NCBI GenBank assembly: GCA_963843845.1
Contig: CAWJMB010000003.1
Span: forward strand, 192,001-256,000
From: an uncultured Gemmatimonadaceae bacterium
GTDB taxonomy: Bacteria > Gemmatimonadota > Gemmatimonadetes > Gemmatimonadales > Gemmatimonadaceae
Reading direction: 5' to 3'
Length of the DNA stretch: 64,000 bases
Part shown: in pieces, positions 13,681 to 28,157 of the stretch
How positions within the stretch are numbered: the stretch's first letter is position 1
How the letters are laid out: each line of letters starts with the position of its first letter
Translations under genes and position numbers: made by a program
Notes under the pieces: generated by a model
What the model saw: only the letters and a program-made list of their open reading frames with translations
What the model was told of the DNA's origin: nothing
Database searches by the model: none

Positions 13681-14898
13681 ATGTCTTCCCTGCCGAACGC
13701 CCGCCCGCTCGACCGCTTCGACGCCGTCGTCGTGGGCGGCGGCCCCGCCGGCGCGACTGCCGCGCACGAGCTGGCTCGCCGTGGGTGGAGCGTGCTCCTG
13801 CTCGACCGTCAGGGCCGCACGAAGCCGTGCGGCGGTGCCGTGCCGCCACAGTTGCTCCGCGACTTCGACGTGCCCGAATCGGTGCTCGTCGCGCGCATCG
13901 ACGAGGCGCGCATGGTCTCGCCGCGCGGCAAGCAGGTCGACATCCCGGTCGGTGACGGCTTCGTCGGGATGGTCGACCGCGGGTCGTTCGACGAATGGCT
14001 CCGCACCCGCGCCGCCGGCGCCGGTGCGGAGCGCCGCACGGGGATCTTCAAGAGCCTCGAGTACGTCGCCGACGGCGCCGTCGTGCGCTACACCGACGGC
14101 TCGTCGCGCGGCGGCGGCGAGGCCGCGGTGCACAGCCGGTTCGTCGTCGGCGCGGACGGCGCGCTGTCCGCCGTCGCGCGCGCCACCATCTCGTGCGCCG
14201 ACCAGGCGAAGCACGTCTTCGCGTATCACGAGATCGTCGCGAGCCCCGCGCCCGAGGTCGCGCCGCCAGGCTTCCACGCGGCGCGGTGCGACGTGTGGTA
14301 TCAGGGCGATCTGTCGCCCGACTTCTACGGCTGGGTGTTCCCGCACGGCCCGGTCACGAGCGTCGGCACGGGGAGCTTGCAGAAGGGCTACTCGCTGCGC
14401 GAAGGGGTGCGCATCCTGCGCGAGCGCGCCGGCCTCACGGATGTCGAGACGATCAAGCGCGAGGGCGCGCCGATTCCGATCCGCCCGCTGCCGCGCTGGG
14501 ACGACGGCCGCGCGGTCGTGCTCGCGGGCGACGCGGCGGGGGTCGTCGCGCCGGCGTCCGGCGAGGGGATCTTCTACGCGATGACCGGCGGGCGGCTCGC
14601 CGCGGATGCCGTCGACACGGCGCTCACGACTGGCGACGTGCGCGCGCTCAAGACGGCGCGCAAGCGCTTCCTCAGCGCGCACGGTCAGGTGTTCCGCATG
14701 CTCGGCATCATGCAGCGCTTCTGGTACTCGAGCGACAACCGGCGCGAGCGGTTCGTCGCGATCTGCCGCGACCGCGACGTGCAGCAGCTCACGTTCGACG
14801 CCTACATGCACAAGCGGCTCGTCCGCGCGAAGCCGATCGCCCACATGCGCATCTTCGCCAAGAACATCGCCCACCTGTTAGGCGCGGTGCCGGCATGA
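13681..14898 (+). CDS. bchP: Geranylgeranyl reductase
   Basis: VVVGGGPAGA, KPCGGAVPP, SPDFYGWVFPHG, LAGDAAGVVAPASGEGIFYAM, QQLTFDAYMHK. Confidence 0.96.
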   Translation: MSSLPNARPLDRFDAVVVGGGPAGATAAHELARRGWSVLLLDRQGRTKPCGGAVPPQLLRDFDVPESVLVARIDEARMVSPRGKQVDIPVGDGFVGMVDRGSFDEWLRTRAAGAGAERRTGIFKSLEYVADGAVVRYTDGSSRGGGEAAVHSRFVVGADGALSAVARATISCADQAKHVFAYHEIVASPAPEVAPPGFHAARCDVWYQGDLSPDFYGWVFPHGPVTSVGTGSLQKGYSLREGVRILRERAGLTDVETIKREGAPIPIRPLPRWDDGRAVVLAGDAAGVVAPASGEGIFYAMTGGRLAADAVDTALTTGDVRALKTARKRFLSAHGQVFRMLGIMQRFWYSSDNRRERFVAICRDRDVQQLTFDAYMHKRLVRAKPIAHMRIFAKNIAHLLGAVPA

Positions 14899-14908
14899 GG
14901 ACGTCCGC

Positions 14909-16231
14909 ATGTTGATCTCGCTCGCGGTCGACTACCACCACGCGGACCTCGCGACCCGCGAACGGTTCCACCTCACGCCCGCGCGGCTCGACCGCCTGTA
15001 CGCGCTCGCGCAGGGGGAGACGGAGATCGTCGCCATCGCGACGTGCAACCGGAGCGAGGCGTACGCGTGGATCGGCGGGCAGCAGCGCCTGACCGAGGCG
15101 ACGTGGCGCCTGTTCGCGCGGAGCTGGATGGGCGACGCCGGCGCGTCGAAGCTGCTCGCGGTCGCCGTGCGGCGCACCGGTGTCGAGGCCGCGCGGCACC
15201 TCTTCCGCGTCGCGTCGGGGATCGAGTCGCAGGTGTTGGGCGACGGTCAACTGCTCGGTCAGTTGCGCGACGCGTACGCGCTCGCCGGGCTGCGCGGCGG
15301 CCCGCGCTCGATGGTCCGACGCCTCGTCGAGCAGGCGCTCCACGTCGGACGGCGGGTGCGCAAGGAGACGCAGCTCGCGAGCGGTCGGCAGTCGATCGGC
15401 GCCGAGGCGGCGAGGCTCGCCGCTCAGCGGTTCGGCTCGTCGATCGGGCGCGCGCGAGCGGTCGTCGTCGGCTGCGGAAAGACTGGCGAGCGCGTCGCGC
15501 GGCAGCTCGTGAAGCTCGGGGTCACCGACATCGTGCTCACGAACCGGACCCCCGACCGGGCGCAGCGACTCGCCACGCTGCTGCGTGGACGCGCCGCGCC
15601 GATCGACGCGCTGTACGCCGAGCTGGCGATGGCCGACGTCGCGGTGTTCGCCACCGCGTCGCCGGAGGCGGTGCTCTATGCCGATCCGCTCGTCGCGATG
15701 CGGCGGCGCTGCGAGACCGAGCGCTACCCGCTGCTCCTCATCGACATCTCGCTGCCGCGCAACATCGACGCGTCGGTCGCGCACATCCCGAACGTGGTCG
15801 TCGCGGACCTCGACGCGCTGCAGCCGGCGCTCGTCGCCGGCGAGCGCGACCGGCGTGACGCCGTGCCCCTCGCCGAGGCGATCGTCGAGGAAGAGCTGCG
15901 GCAGTTCGAGGCGTGGCTGACGGCGGCGCCGGTGCGCGCCGCCCTCGGGCCGCTCCGCCGCGAGCTGCGCGACATCTGTCGCCGGGAGGTCGCGTACATC
16001 ACTGCCCACGGCCACGGGCTCGCGGACGAATCGGAGGACGCGATCGCCGAGCGCACGGCGGACCGCATCGTCGCGAAGCTGCTCGCGCGGCCGATGATCG
16101 AGCTGCGCGGCGCGATGCTTCGCGGCGAGCCAGTCGAAGATCTCGTCTCGACGCTCACGCGCCTGTTCCCTCCCGGCGCGCTCGACGGCGCGCGCCTGGC
16201 CCCGCTGACGACGGTCGCCGCGCGCGACTGA
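14909..16231 (+). CDS. hemA: Glutamyl-tRNA reductase (C5 ALA pathway)
   Basis: DLATRERF, catalytic [33 protein letters not shown], Rossmann [18 protein letters not shown]. Confidence 0.9.
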   Translation: MLISLAVDYHHADLATRERFHLTPARLDRLYALAQGETEIVAIATCNRSEAYAWIGGQQRLTEATWRLFARSWMGDAGASKLLAVAVRRTGVEAARHLFRVASGIESQVLGDGQLLGQLRDAYALAGLRGGPRSMVRRLVEQALHVGRRVRKETQLASGRQSIGAEAARLAAQRFGSSIGRARAVVVGCGKTGERVARQLVKLGVTDIVLTNRTPDRAQRLATLLRGRAAPIDALYAELAMADVAVFATASPEAVLYADPLVAMRRRCETERYPLLLIDISLPRNIDASVAHIPNVVVADLDALQPALVAGERDRRDAVPLAEAIVEEELRQFEAWLTAAPVRAALGPLRRELRDICRREVAYITAHGHGLADESEDAIAERTADRIVAKLLARPMIELRGAMLRGEPVEDLVSTLTRLFPPGALDGARLAPLTTVAARD

Positions 16232-16254
16232 GTCGAAACGACGCACTGGAGTCG

Positions 16255-17260
<1,006 letters not shown>

Positions 17261-17263
17261 TGG

Positions 17264-18790
17264 ATGAGCAGCAGCGGTAGGCACGCGCCGCCGGGCCGGT
17301 CGGGTACGTCGCACGGCGCCGGGCCGCGCGTCGTCGTCGTCGGCGGCGGGATCACCGGACTCTCGGCGGCGTTCCGGCTCGCGCGGTCGGGCGCGCGCGT
17401 GACGGTGCTCGAGCGCGACGCGCGCGTGGGCGGCGTGATCGCGACGCACCGCAGCGACGGGTACGTGCTGGAGGAAGGGCCCATGACGGTGCTCCCGGCG
17501 CCGCCGCTCCTCGCGCTCGTGCGCGACCTCGGCCTCGAGGGCGCCGTCATCGCGCCGCGGCCGACGAGCCGCCGCCGCTACGTCGCGCGCGACGGGCGCC
17601 TGCACGTCGTCCCGACGTCGCCCGCACAGTTCGTCGCAACGCGCCTCCTCTCGCTCGGCGGGAAGGTGCGCCTCGTCAGCGAGCCGTTGCGGCGGCGCGG
17701 CGGGCACGACGTGGAGACGGCGGCGGCCTTCGCCGAGCGCCGGTTCGGGACAGAGGTGCGCGACTATCTCGTCGCGCCGTTCCTCCAGGGGGTGTACGCC
17801 GGCGAGGCCGACCGGCTCGGCGCGCGCCACGTGTTCCGGCGGCTCGTCGAGTTCGAGCGGCAGGGCGGCTCGGTACTGCGAGGCGCGGTGCGCGCGATGC
17901 GGCGGGCGCATGCCGAGCGGAAGCACGCGGCGCACGGCGCGGACCTCGCGCGCGTCGCCGCCGCGGCACCGGCGCCGATGTCGTTTCCGCGCGGGCTCGG
18001 CACGCTCACACACGCGCTGCGTGACGCGTTAGGCAGCCGCGTGACGTGCGGCGCGGCGGTCGAGCGCGTGCGGCGCACGGACGACGGCGCGTGGCAGCTC
18101 GAGATGGTGCAACACGGTCGCGCCCGCACGCTCGCCGCGGACGGCGTGGTGCTCGCACTGCCGGCGCCGGCGCTGCTCGCGATCGACATGCCCTCCGCGA
18201 TGCGCGACGCGCTCGCGCCGGTCGCCGCGGTGCCGCACGCGACGGTCGCGACGCTCTCGCTCGCATTCCGCCGCGACGACGTCGCGTCGCCGCTCGACGG
18301 GTTCGGCGTGCTGCTGCCGCCAATCGAGGAGCACGCGCTGCTCGGCGTGCTGTTCGCGTCGTCGCTGTTCGACGGACGCTGCCCGCCCGATCAGGTGCTG
18401 CTGACGTGCTTCGCGGGCGGCACCCGGCGTCCGGAGTTCGGGGCGTTGGGCGCCGACGCCCTGCTCGCGGCCGCGCGGCGCGACCTGGAGACGCTGTTCG
18501 GCGTGCGTGGCGAGCCGCTGCTCGTGCGGCACGCGCAGCACTGGAACGGCATCCCGCAGTACGGCGTCGACCACGAGTGCGTGACTGCGGCGGCCGAGTC
18601 CGTGGAGCGGACCTGGCCGGGGCTCGCGCTCACGGGCGCGTGGCGCGAGGGCGTCTCGGTCGGCGACTGCGTCGCGGCGGGCGCGCGGGCGGCAGAGCGG
18701 ATCGGCGCGGTGCGGTCGGCGCTCGGCGAGTTCACGCTGCCGCGGGCGCGTGAGACGATGGCGGAGAGCGGCGTGGCCGTCGGCGCGTAG
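17264..18790 (+). CDS. hemY: FAD-dependent protoporphyrinogen oxidase (HemY type)
   Basis: VVVVGGGITGLSAA, ERDARVGGVI, EEGP, GVYAG, GFGVL, IPQY, GVSVGDC. Follows hemF by 3 bp. Confidence 0.9.
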   Translation: MSSSGRHAPPGRSGTSHGAGPRVVVVGGGITGLSAAFRLARSGARVTVLERDARVGGVIATHRSDGYVLEEGPMTVLPAPPLLALVRDLGLEGAVIAPRPTSRRRYVARDGRLHVVPTSPAQFVATRLLSLGGKVRLVSEPLRRRGGHDVETAAAFAERRFGTEVRDYLVAPFLQGVYAGEADRLGARHVFRRLVEFERQGGSVLRGAVRAMRRAHAERKHAAHGADLARVAAAAPAPMSFPRGLGTLTHALRDALGSRVTCGAAVERVRRTDDGAWQLEMVQHGRARTLAADGVVLALPAPALLAIDMPSAMRDALAPVAAVPHATVATLSLAFRRDDVASPLDGFGVLLPPIEEHALLGVLFASSLFDGRCPPDQVLLTCFAGGTRRPEFGALGADALLAAARRDLETLFGVRGEPLLVRHAQHWNGIPQYGVDHECVTAAAESVERTWPGLALTGAWREGVSVGDCVAAGARAAERIGAVRSALGEFTLPRARETMAESGVAVGA

Positions 18791-18958
18791 CGGGCAGGGG
18801 GGCGATCGGTGGCTTAATTTGCTGAAGCATTCCGATCGTGGTCTCGCCATTCGACCGGAGGAGAGGCCGCAGTGTCGAGCGTTCGACGCCGCGCGCCGTC
18901 GACGGGTGAGAGGGTCGTTTCACGATGCGGATGGTCACCAACAGTCACCGCGATCACG

Positions 18959-21358
18959 ATGCTCCGCCGTGTCCTCGCTGCGCTCGTCGCGGCCTCCCCG
19001 CTCGTCGCGCAGGTGCCCCAGGTGCCCCAGGTGCCCCGAGCGCCCCAGGTGCCGTACGCCCCGCGCGCCCTGACCGCCGCCGACTACGCGCGGGCCGAAC
19101 AGTTCATGAGCTGGAACACGACGCCGCTCGTGACGCTTCCGGCCGTGCGGCCGACGTGGCTGCCGGACGGGCGCTTCTGGTATCGGAACACGACGGCGGC
19201 CGGCAGCGAGTTCGTCGTCGTCGACCCCGTGCGGAAGACCCGGACGCGTGCGTTCGATCAGGGAGGGCTCGCCCGGGGGCTCTCGGCGCTCGGCGTCACC
19301 GCCGACTCGATGCGGCTGCCGTTCACCGCGATCGACCTCTCGGCCGACGGCAAGCGCGTCGCGGTCGACGTCGGGGCGCGGCGCTATCAGTGCGACGTCG
19401 CCGGCGCGCGGTGCACCGACGTCGGCGCGGCGCGCACCGGCGACGGTCGCGGCACCACGATCGCGTCGCCGGACGGCACGAAGGCCGCGTTCATCCGCGG
19501 CTGGAACCTCTGGGTGCGCGACGTCGCGACGGGGAAGGAGACGCAGCTCACGACCGACGGCGTGAAGGACTTCGGCTACGCCACCGACAACGCCGGGTGG
19601 ACGAAGAGCGAGCGGCCGATCCTGCTCTGGTCGCCCGATTCGAAGCGGATCGCGACCTTTCAGCAGGACGACCGGCGGGTCGGCGAGATGTACCTCGTGC
19701 AGTCGCGCACGGGGCACCCGGTGCTCGAGGCGTGGAAGTATCCGCTGCCGGGGGACAGCGTCGTCTCGATGATTCACCGCGTCGTCATCCACGACGTCGA
19801 CGGACCGAGTCCGCGCGTCGTGCGGCTGCAGATGCCGCCCGACTATCACCGCTCGACGCTGTGCGACCACATCACGTGCGGCGGCGCGTGGGCCGACGTC
19901 GAGTGGATGGACGGCGGGGCGCGGCTGATCTTCGTGTCGACGTCGCGCGACCACACGCGTGAAGACGTGCGCGTCGCCGACGCGAGCACGGGCGCCGTGC
20001 GCGACGTCTTCACCGAGACGGTCAGGACGTTCTTCGAGTCGGGCACGGGCGCGATCAACTGGCACGTGCTGCCGAACGGCGAGCTGCTCTGGTTCTCCGA
20101 ACGCGACGACTGGGGCAATCTCTACGTCTACGACGTCGCGACCGGCGCGCTGAAGCGGCAGCTCACGCGCGGACCGGGCACCGTGCTGCAAGTCGTGCGC
20201 ATCGACTCGACCGCGCGCGCGCTCTGGTTCACGGCGACCGGGCGCGAGTCGGGACGCGATCCGTACTTCAAGCACCTCTACCGCGTCGCGCTCGATGCTG
20301 CCCCGTCGCGCGGCGGAGGGTCGGGGGCGGCGCGCCCGGTGCTGATCACGCCGGAGGACGCCGACCACACGCCGACGCTGTCTCCCGACGGCCGCTACGT
20401 CGTCGACAGCTACTCGCGCCCCGAGGTACCGCCGACGACGGTCGTGCGCGATGCGCGTACGGGGCAGCTGCTCATGACGATCGAGCGGAGCGACGTCAGT
20501 CGGCTCGTCGCGCGAGGGTGGACGCCGCCGGTGCCGTTCACCGTGAAGGCGCGCGACGGGACCACCGATCTGTACGGCCTGATGTACCTGCCGACGCGGC
20601 TCGACTCGACGCGGACGTACCCGATCATCAACCACATCTACCCGGGCCCGCAGACGGGAAGCGTCGGGAGCCGCAGCTTCTCCGCCGCGCGCGGCGACGC
20701 GCGGGCGCTCGCGGAGCTCGGCTTCGTCGTCATCCAGCTCGACGCGTTGGGCACGCCGATGCGCTCGAAGTCGTTCCACGACGCGTACTACGGCGACATG
20801 GGGGACAACGGCCTTCCCGATCAGATCGGCGCGATGCGGCAGCTCGCGCAACGCCACCGCTTCATCGACCTCGACCGCGCCGGCATCTGGGGGCACTCGG
20901 GCGGCGGCTACGCGGCGGCCGACGCGATTCTGCGCTACCCGGATTTCTTCAAGGTCGCGATCTCCGAGGCCGGCAACCACGATCAGCGGCAGTACGAGGA
21001 CGACTGGGGCGAGAAGTACCACGGCCTGCTCGCGACGCTGCCGGGGGGGAAGACGAACTACGACGACCAGGCGAACCAGACCCTCGCGAAGAACCTCAAG
21101 GGGAAGCTGCTCATCGCGCACGGCACCGCGGACGACAACGTGCCGCCCTACAACACGATGCTCGTCGTCGACGAGCTCATCAGAGCGAACAAGGACTTCG
21201 ACCTCCTCATGCTGCCGAACCGCCGTCACGGCTTCGGCAACGAGCCGTACATGATCCGCCGGCGGTGGGACTACTTCGTCGAGCACCTCCTGGGCGCGGA
21301 GCCGCCCAAGGAGTACGAGCTCCAGCCGAACCGACCGCGCGCGACGTTTACGCCGTAG
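18959..21358 (+). CDS. Secreted S9B / dipeptidyl-peptidase IV-like peptidase
   Basis: Signal peptide, DPPIV-type propeller (SPDG repeats), YPGPQ, nucleophile GHSGGG, HGTADDNV, RHGF. Confidence 0.9.
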   Translation: MLRRVLAALVAASPLVAQVPQVPQVPRAPQVPYAPRALTAADYARAEQFMSWNTTPLVTLPAVRPTWLPDGRFWYRNTTAAGSEFVVVDPVRKTRTRAFDQGGLARGLSALGVTADSMRLPFTAIDLSADGKRVAVDVGARRYQCDVAGARCTDVGAARTGDGRGTTIASPDGTKAAFIRGWNLWVRDVATGKETQLTTDGVKDFGYATDNAGWTKSERPILLWSPDSKRIATFQQDDRRVGEMYLVQSRTGHPVLEAWKYPLPGDSVVSMIHRVVIHDVDGPSPRVVRLQMPPDYHRSTLCDHITCGGAWADVEWMDGGARLIFVSTSRDHTREDVRVADASTGAVRDVFTETVRTFFESGTGAINWHVLPNGELLWFSERDDWGNLYVYDVATGALKRQLTRGPGTVLQVVRIDSTARALWFTATGRESGRDPYFKHLYRVALDAAPSRGGGSGAARPVLITPEDADHTPTLSPDGRYVVDSYSRPEVPPTTVVRDARTGQLLMTIERSDVSRLVARGWTPPVPFTVKARDGTTDLYGLMYLPTRLDSTRTYPIINHIYPGPQTGSVGSRSFSAARGDARALAELGFVVIQLDALGTPMRSKSFHDAYYGDMGDNGLPDQIGAMRQLAQRHRFIDLDRAGIWGHSGGGYAAADAILRYPDFFKVAISEAGNHDQRQYEDDWGEKYHGLLATLPGGKTNYDDQANQTLAKNLKGKLLIAHGTADDNVPPYNTMLVVDELIRANKDFDLLMLPNRRHGFGNEPYMIRRRWDYFVEHLLGAEPPKEYELQPNRPRATFTP

Positions 21359-21500
21359 ACCCCGCTGCGCGGCGATGGACGCGTTCGGCCACGTCGCGGT
21401 TCTCCGCTCGGTCATCGGCGTGGCGGTTCGCGCTCTCCGTCCCGCTGCGCTTCGGGGGGCGTTCCTGACGCGCCCCTGCCCATGCTGAGGTTATAGCCGA

Positions 21501-21526
21501 CCCCCGGACTTGCGGCAAGCCGGGGG
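21501..21526 (+). promoter_or_regulatory. Rifamycin-associated element (RAE)-like palindrome upstream of rph
   Basis: CCCCCGG-A-CTTGC-G-GCAAG-CCGGGGG. The core CTTGCGGCAAG (21509-21519) matches the RAE core as I recall it. It lies 50 bp upstream of the rph ATG. Confidence 0.8.
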
Positions 21527-21576
21527 GGACGCCGTAGCGTCGCTCGCCACGAGCCATCGATACGGAGAGCGAGCGA

Positions 21577-24064
<2,488 letters not shown>

Positions 24065-24085
24065 CACCGCGCGGCTCGGCGTCTC

Positions 24086-24183
24086 GACGGGACGAACGGG
24101 AGGAACCCAACAGCCGACCGGTCTTCTCCTGTTCCTCCTCCTCCTCGTGTCGGTTCGCTCCGGTTCCTTCCGTTCCTGCCGTC
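24086..24183. repeat. Imperfect 22-bp inverted repeat just downstream of rph (possible terminator/REP-like hairpin)
   Basis: GACGGGACGAACGGGAGGAACC (24086-24107) vs GGTTCCTTCCGTTCCTGCCGTC (24162-24183): 19/22 complementary, with an inner AGCCGAC/GTCGGTT stem. Confidence 0.6.
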
Positions 24184-24185
24184 CG

Positions 24186-24363
24186 GCACGGCCACGGTCT
24201 GTCGTAGCGCTGTAGTTCGGGTGGGAACCCTCGTGCCCTGGCCGTGTGTCCAACCCGCGACGTCCGAGGAGTCCGTACGACTCCGGACGTCGTTGTAACA
24301 TCTGCCGCCGCTCGCACGTGTAGTCAGGGTCGTTCCCACCCTCAGCCTACAGGCCGTCCGTGC
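24186..24363 (+). ncRNA. Candidate structured RNA / leader (nested rod-like hairpin) overlapping the next start codon
   Basis: Colinear stems: GCACGG/CCGTGC, ACGGTCTGT/ACAGGCCGT, GCTG/CAGC, GGGTGGGAAC/GTTCCCACCC, CCCTGGC/GTCAGGG, CGTGTG/CGCACG, GCGACGTCCG/CGGACGTCGT, GAGTC/GACTC. No Rfam assignment made. Confidence 0.35.
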
Positions 24364-27300
24364 TTCCCCGCCGTTCTCTGTACGCCGCAGCACTCGTTGC
24401 GGTCGCCCTCCCCGCCCGCCAGCTGGTCGCGCAGCAGGTCGACGTGATCCGCGGTCGCGTGACCGCGCAGGACCGGCGGCCGATCGAGAACGCGCAGATC
24501 ACCGTCACGTCGATCTCCGGCAACGTGAACCGAACGGCGCGGACCGACAAGAACGGCCGCTTCACGGTGACGTTCCCGAACGGCGACGGCGACTACTTCG
24601 TGAACTTCAACGCGATCGGCTTCGCGCCGCGCCGCTTCGAGGTGAAGCGCGTCGCCGACGAGGACTTCCTGCTCGCCGACGCGACGCTCTCGCCGTCCGC
24701 CGCGCAGCTCGACGCCGTGCGCGTGACGGCCGACCGCGGGCGGGTGAATCGCAACGACCCGGCCGCGCAGCAGGACATCAGCGGCACCGAGAAGCGGGTG
24801 GAGCCGAACGTCGTCAACCCCGACCAGATGGGCGACCTCGCGGCGATGGCGGCGTCCCTCCCGGGCGTGACGCCCGTCGCCGGCGCCGACGGCGACCCGG
24901 CCGGGTTCTCGGTGCTCGGGCTCTCCTCGGACCAGAACCAGACGTCGGTGAACGGGCTGGCCGGGATGACCGGGAGCAACCTGCCGCGCGACGCGCAGGT
25001 CTCGACGTCGTTGGGCACCTCGAACTACGACGTCTCGGTCGGCGGGTTCAGCGGCGGGCGCTTCAATCTCACGCCGCGCTCGGGGTCGAACTACCTCATG
25101 CGCACGCGGGAGCCTGTTCGGCACCGCGCCGCAGCTCCAGATCGCCGACCGGCGCCGCCCGATCGTTGGGCCAGCAGCCCACGAACGTGTCGCTCGAGCG
25201 GCGCGCTGTCGGGGCCGATCGTCTTCAACAAGGCGTTCTACAACGTCTCCTACCAGCTCGGCCGCGTCGCGAACGATCTGCAGACGCTGCTCAACACCGA
25301 CGCGGTCGGCCTCCAGGCGAGCGGCATCTCGGCCGACTCGGCGGCGCGCCTCGTCGGGTTGCTGGGGCGCGCGCAGATCCCCACGGTCGTCGGGTCGATC
25401 CCGAGCAACCGGTTCCAGGACAACGGCTCCGTGTTCGGCGTGCTGAACGCGACGCCGCCGTCGTCGAACTCGGGGCAGAGCGTGTCGCTGTCGTTCAACG
25501 GCGGCTGGAACCGGCAGACGGCGGTCAACGCGTCGGCCACCGAGGTCCCCGCGCACTCCGGCGACCGCACGAGCTGGAACGGCGGGCTCACCGCGGCGCA
25601 CTCGGGCTATCTCAAGAACATCATTCTCAGCGAGACGAACGCCGGGCTCAGCGCGAGCCACAACGCGATGTCGCCGTACCTCGAGCTGCCGAGCGGGTCG
25701 GTGCTCGTGAACTCGTCGTTCGGCGACGGAACGAACGGCGTGCGCTACCTGGGGTTCGGCGGCAGCCCGTCGATGAACTCCGACCAGACGTCGACGAACG
25801 CGGCGCTCCGCAACACGCTGTCCTGGTTCAGCAACAACAACAAGCACCGCCTGAAGCTCGCGACCGAGCTGCGCCGTGACGGCTACAGCCTGCAGCAGGC
25901 GCAGAATCTGTTGGGCACGCTTCACCTACAACTCGCTCGCCGACCTCGACGCGAACCGGCCGGCGTCGTTCACGCGCTCGCTGTCGCCGCGCGACCGGAG
26001 CGGCTCGTCGTACGTCGGCGCGATCTCGTTGGGCGATTCGTACCGCCGCAGCGCGGACTTCCAGCTGCAGTACGGGCTCCGCGTCGACGCGAACCGCTTC
26101 GACCGCGGGCCGACGTACAACGCCGACCTGGAGCAGGCGTTCGGCGTGCGCAACGACCGCGTGCCGGACCGCGTCTACCTCAGCCCGCGCGTCGGCTTCT
26201 CGTGGCGCTACGGCACGGCGGCGCAGATCGGCGCGTTCGAGGGGGCGTTCCGCGGCCCGCGGGCGATCGTGCGGGGCGGCGTCGGCGTCTTCCAGAACAC
26301 GCCGCAGGCGACGCTGATCGGCCAGGCGCTCGACGCGACGGGGCTCGCGAGCGGCCTGCAGCAGATCACCTGCGTCGGCCCGGCGGCGCCGATGCCCGAA
26401 CTGGTCGCTCTACGCGACGAACGCGAGCGCGATCCCGACACGCTGCGCCGACGGCGGCGACCGGCTCGGTGTTCGCGAACGCGGCGCCGGCGGTGACGCT
26501 GTTCTCGAAGGACTACCAGTCGTCGCGGTCGATCCGCTCGAACCTCGGCTGGAGCGGGCCGGTGCTCGGCAACCGCTTCAATGTGAACGTCGACGGAACG
26601 GTCTCGCTGAACCTGAATCAGCAGACGTTCGCGGACCTGAACTTCGCGAACGTGCAGCGCTTCACGCTCGCCGAGGAGGGCAACCGGCCGGTGTTCGTCG
26701 ACCCGACGAGCATCGTGTCGACGACCGGCTTCGTCGCCGCGGCGGCGGGCCGGGTCTCGCCGAACTACTCGCGCGTGACGGAGCAGCGATCGGACGGGCG
26801 GTCGCGGAGCGGGCAGCTCTCGCTCAGCGTGAGCCCGATGACGTTCAACTCGAAGTTGAGCTGGAACGCGTCGTACACGCTGCAGCAGGTGCGCGAGCGG
26901 GTGAACGGCTTCCAGAGCACGGTCGGCAACCCGTACGACTTCACGTGGAGCCGCGGCGGCGGGTCGCCGACGCACCAGTTCACCTACACGCTCGGCTACA
27001 ACGTCTTCGACGCCGTGCGCGCTGAACTGGTTCGGCAACTTGCGCTCGGGAATGCCGTTCACGCCGCGCATCGCGGGCGACGTCAACGGCGACGGCTACT
27101 CGAACGACCGCGCGTTCGTGTTCGACCCGGCGAACACCGCGGACCCGGCGCTCGCCGCGGGCATGCGGTCGCTGCTCGACGACCGGGTCGGGGCTCGCGC
27201 AGGCGTGTCTCGCGCGCCAGCTCGGGCGGCTCGCGTCGCGCAACAGCTGCCAGGGGCCGTGGTCGCACACCGGCGAACCTCTCGATCTCGTTCAACCCGA

Positions 27301-28131
27301 TGAAGGTGCGGATGCCGCAGCGCGCCGTGCTGTCGTTCGCGGTGTCGAATCCGTTAGGCGCTCGCCGACCGCGTGCTGCACGGCGAGGACAACCTGCGCG
27401 GCTGGGGGCAGATGACGTTCGTCGATCCGTCGCTGCTCTACGTGCGCGGCTTCGATGCGGCGACGCGGCGCTACAAGTACGAGGTCAACCAGCGCTTCGG
27501 CGCGACGAACCCGACGTTCAACGCGTTCCGCCAGCCGGTGACGCTCACGGCGATGCTGCGCCTCGATCTGGGCCCGACGCGCGAGCGGCAGAACCTCACG
27601 CAGATGCTCGACCGCGGGCGCGTGAAAGGGCACGAGGGGCAGAAGATGCCCGAGGCGATGCTGCGCGGGATGTATGCGCAGAACGGCGGCGTCATGAACC
27701 CGATGGAGCAGATCCTCCGGCAGAGCGACACGTTGAAGCTGACGGTGCCGCAGGCCGACTCGCTCGCGACGATGAACCGGTGGTACAAGATCCGGCTCGA
27801 CTCGATCTGGTCGCCGGTCGCGAAGTTCCTCGGCGACCTGCCCGACCGGTACGACGACGGCGAGGCGTACACCCAGTACATCGGCGCGCGGCGCGCGTCG
27901 GTCGACCTGCTGACGAAGCTGTCCGACGACATCCGCGGCGTGCTGACGGCGGAGCAGCGGCGCAAGCTGCCGGCGTTCATCGCCAGCTATCTCGACCCCC
28001 GCTACCTCGCCTCGATCCGCTCCGGCACGGCCGGCGCGAACGCCGGCGCCGGCCCGATGATGATGGGCGGCAGGGGGATGGGCGGCTTCGGCGGCGGCGG
28101 CGGCGGCGGGCAGATCATCATTCGCCAGTGA
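24360..28131 (+). CDS. Large outer-membrane protein, carboxypeptidase-regulatory-like N-terminus + TonB-receptor-like barrel (multiple frameshifts)
   Basis: Signal peptide, IRGRVTAQDRRPIENAQIT..TDKNGRF, LDAVRVTA, plug-like QNQTSVNGL..GGFSGG, alternating beta-strand segments, GDVNGDGYSNDRAF. C-terminus is in ORF 27373..28131. Confidence 0.7.
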
Positions 28132-28157
28132 TCGTGGACATTTCCTCTCGGACTTCG

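Noticed and set aside
18803..18838. Hairpin at the end of hemY as a cluster-boundary att site or terminator
   Set aside because: Short imperfect stem (CGATCGG/CCGATCG) with no U-tract and no matching repeat elsewhere in the window.
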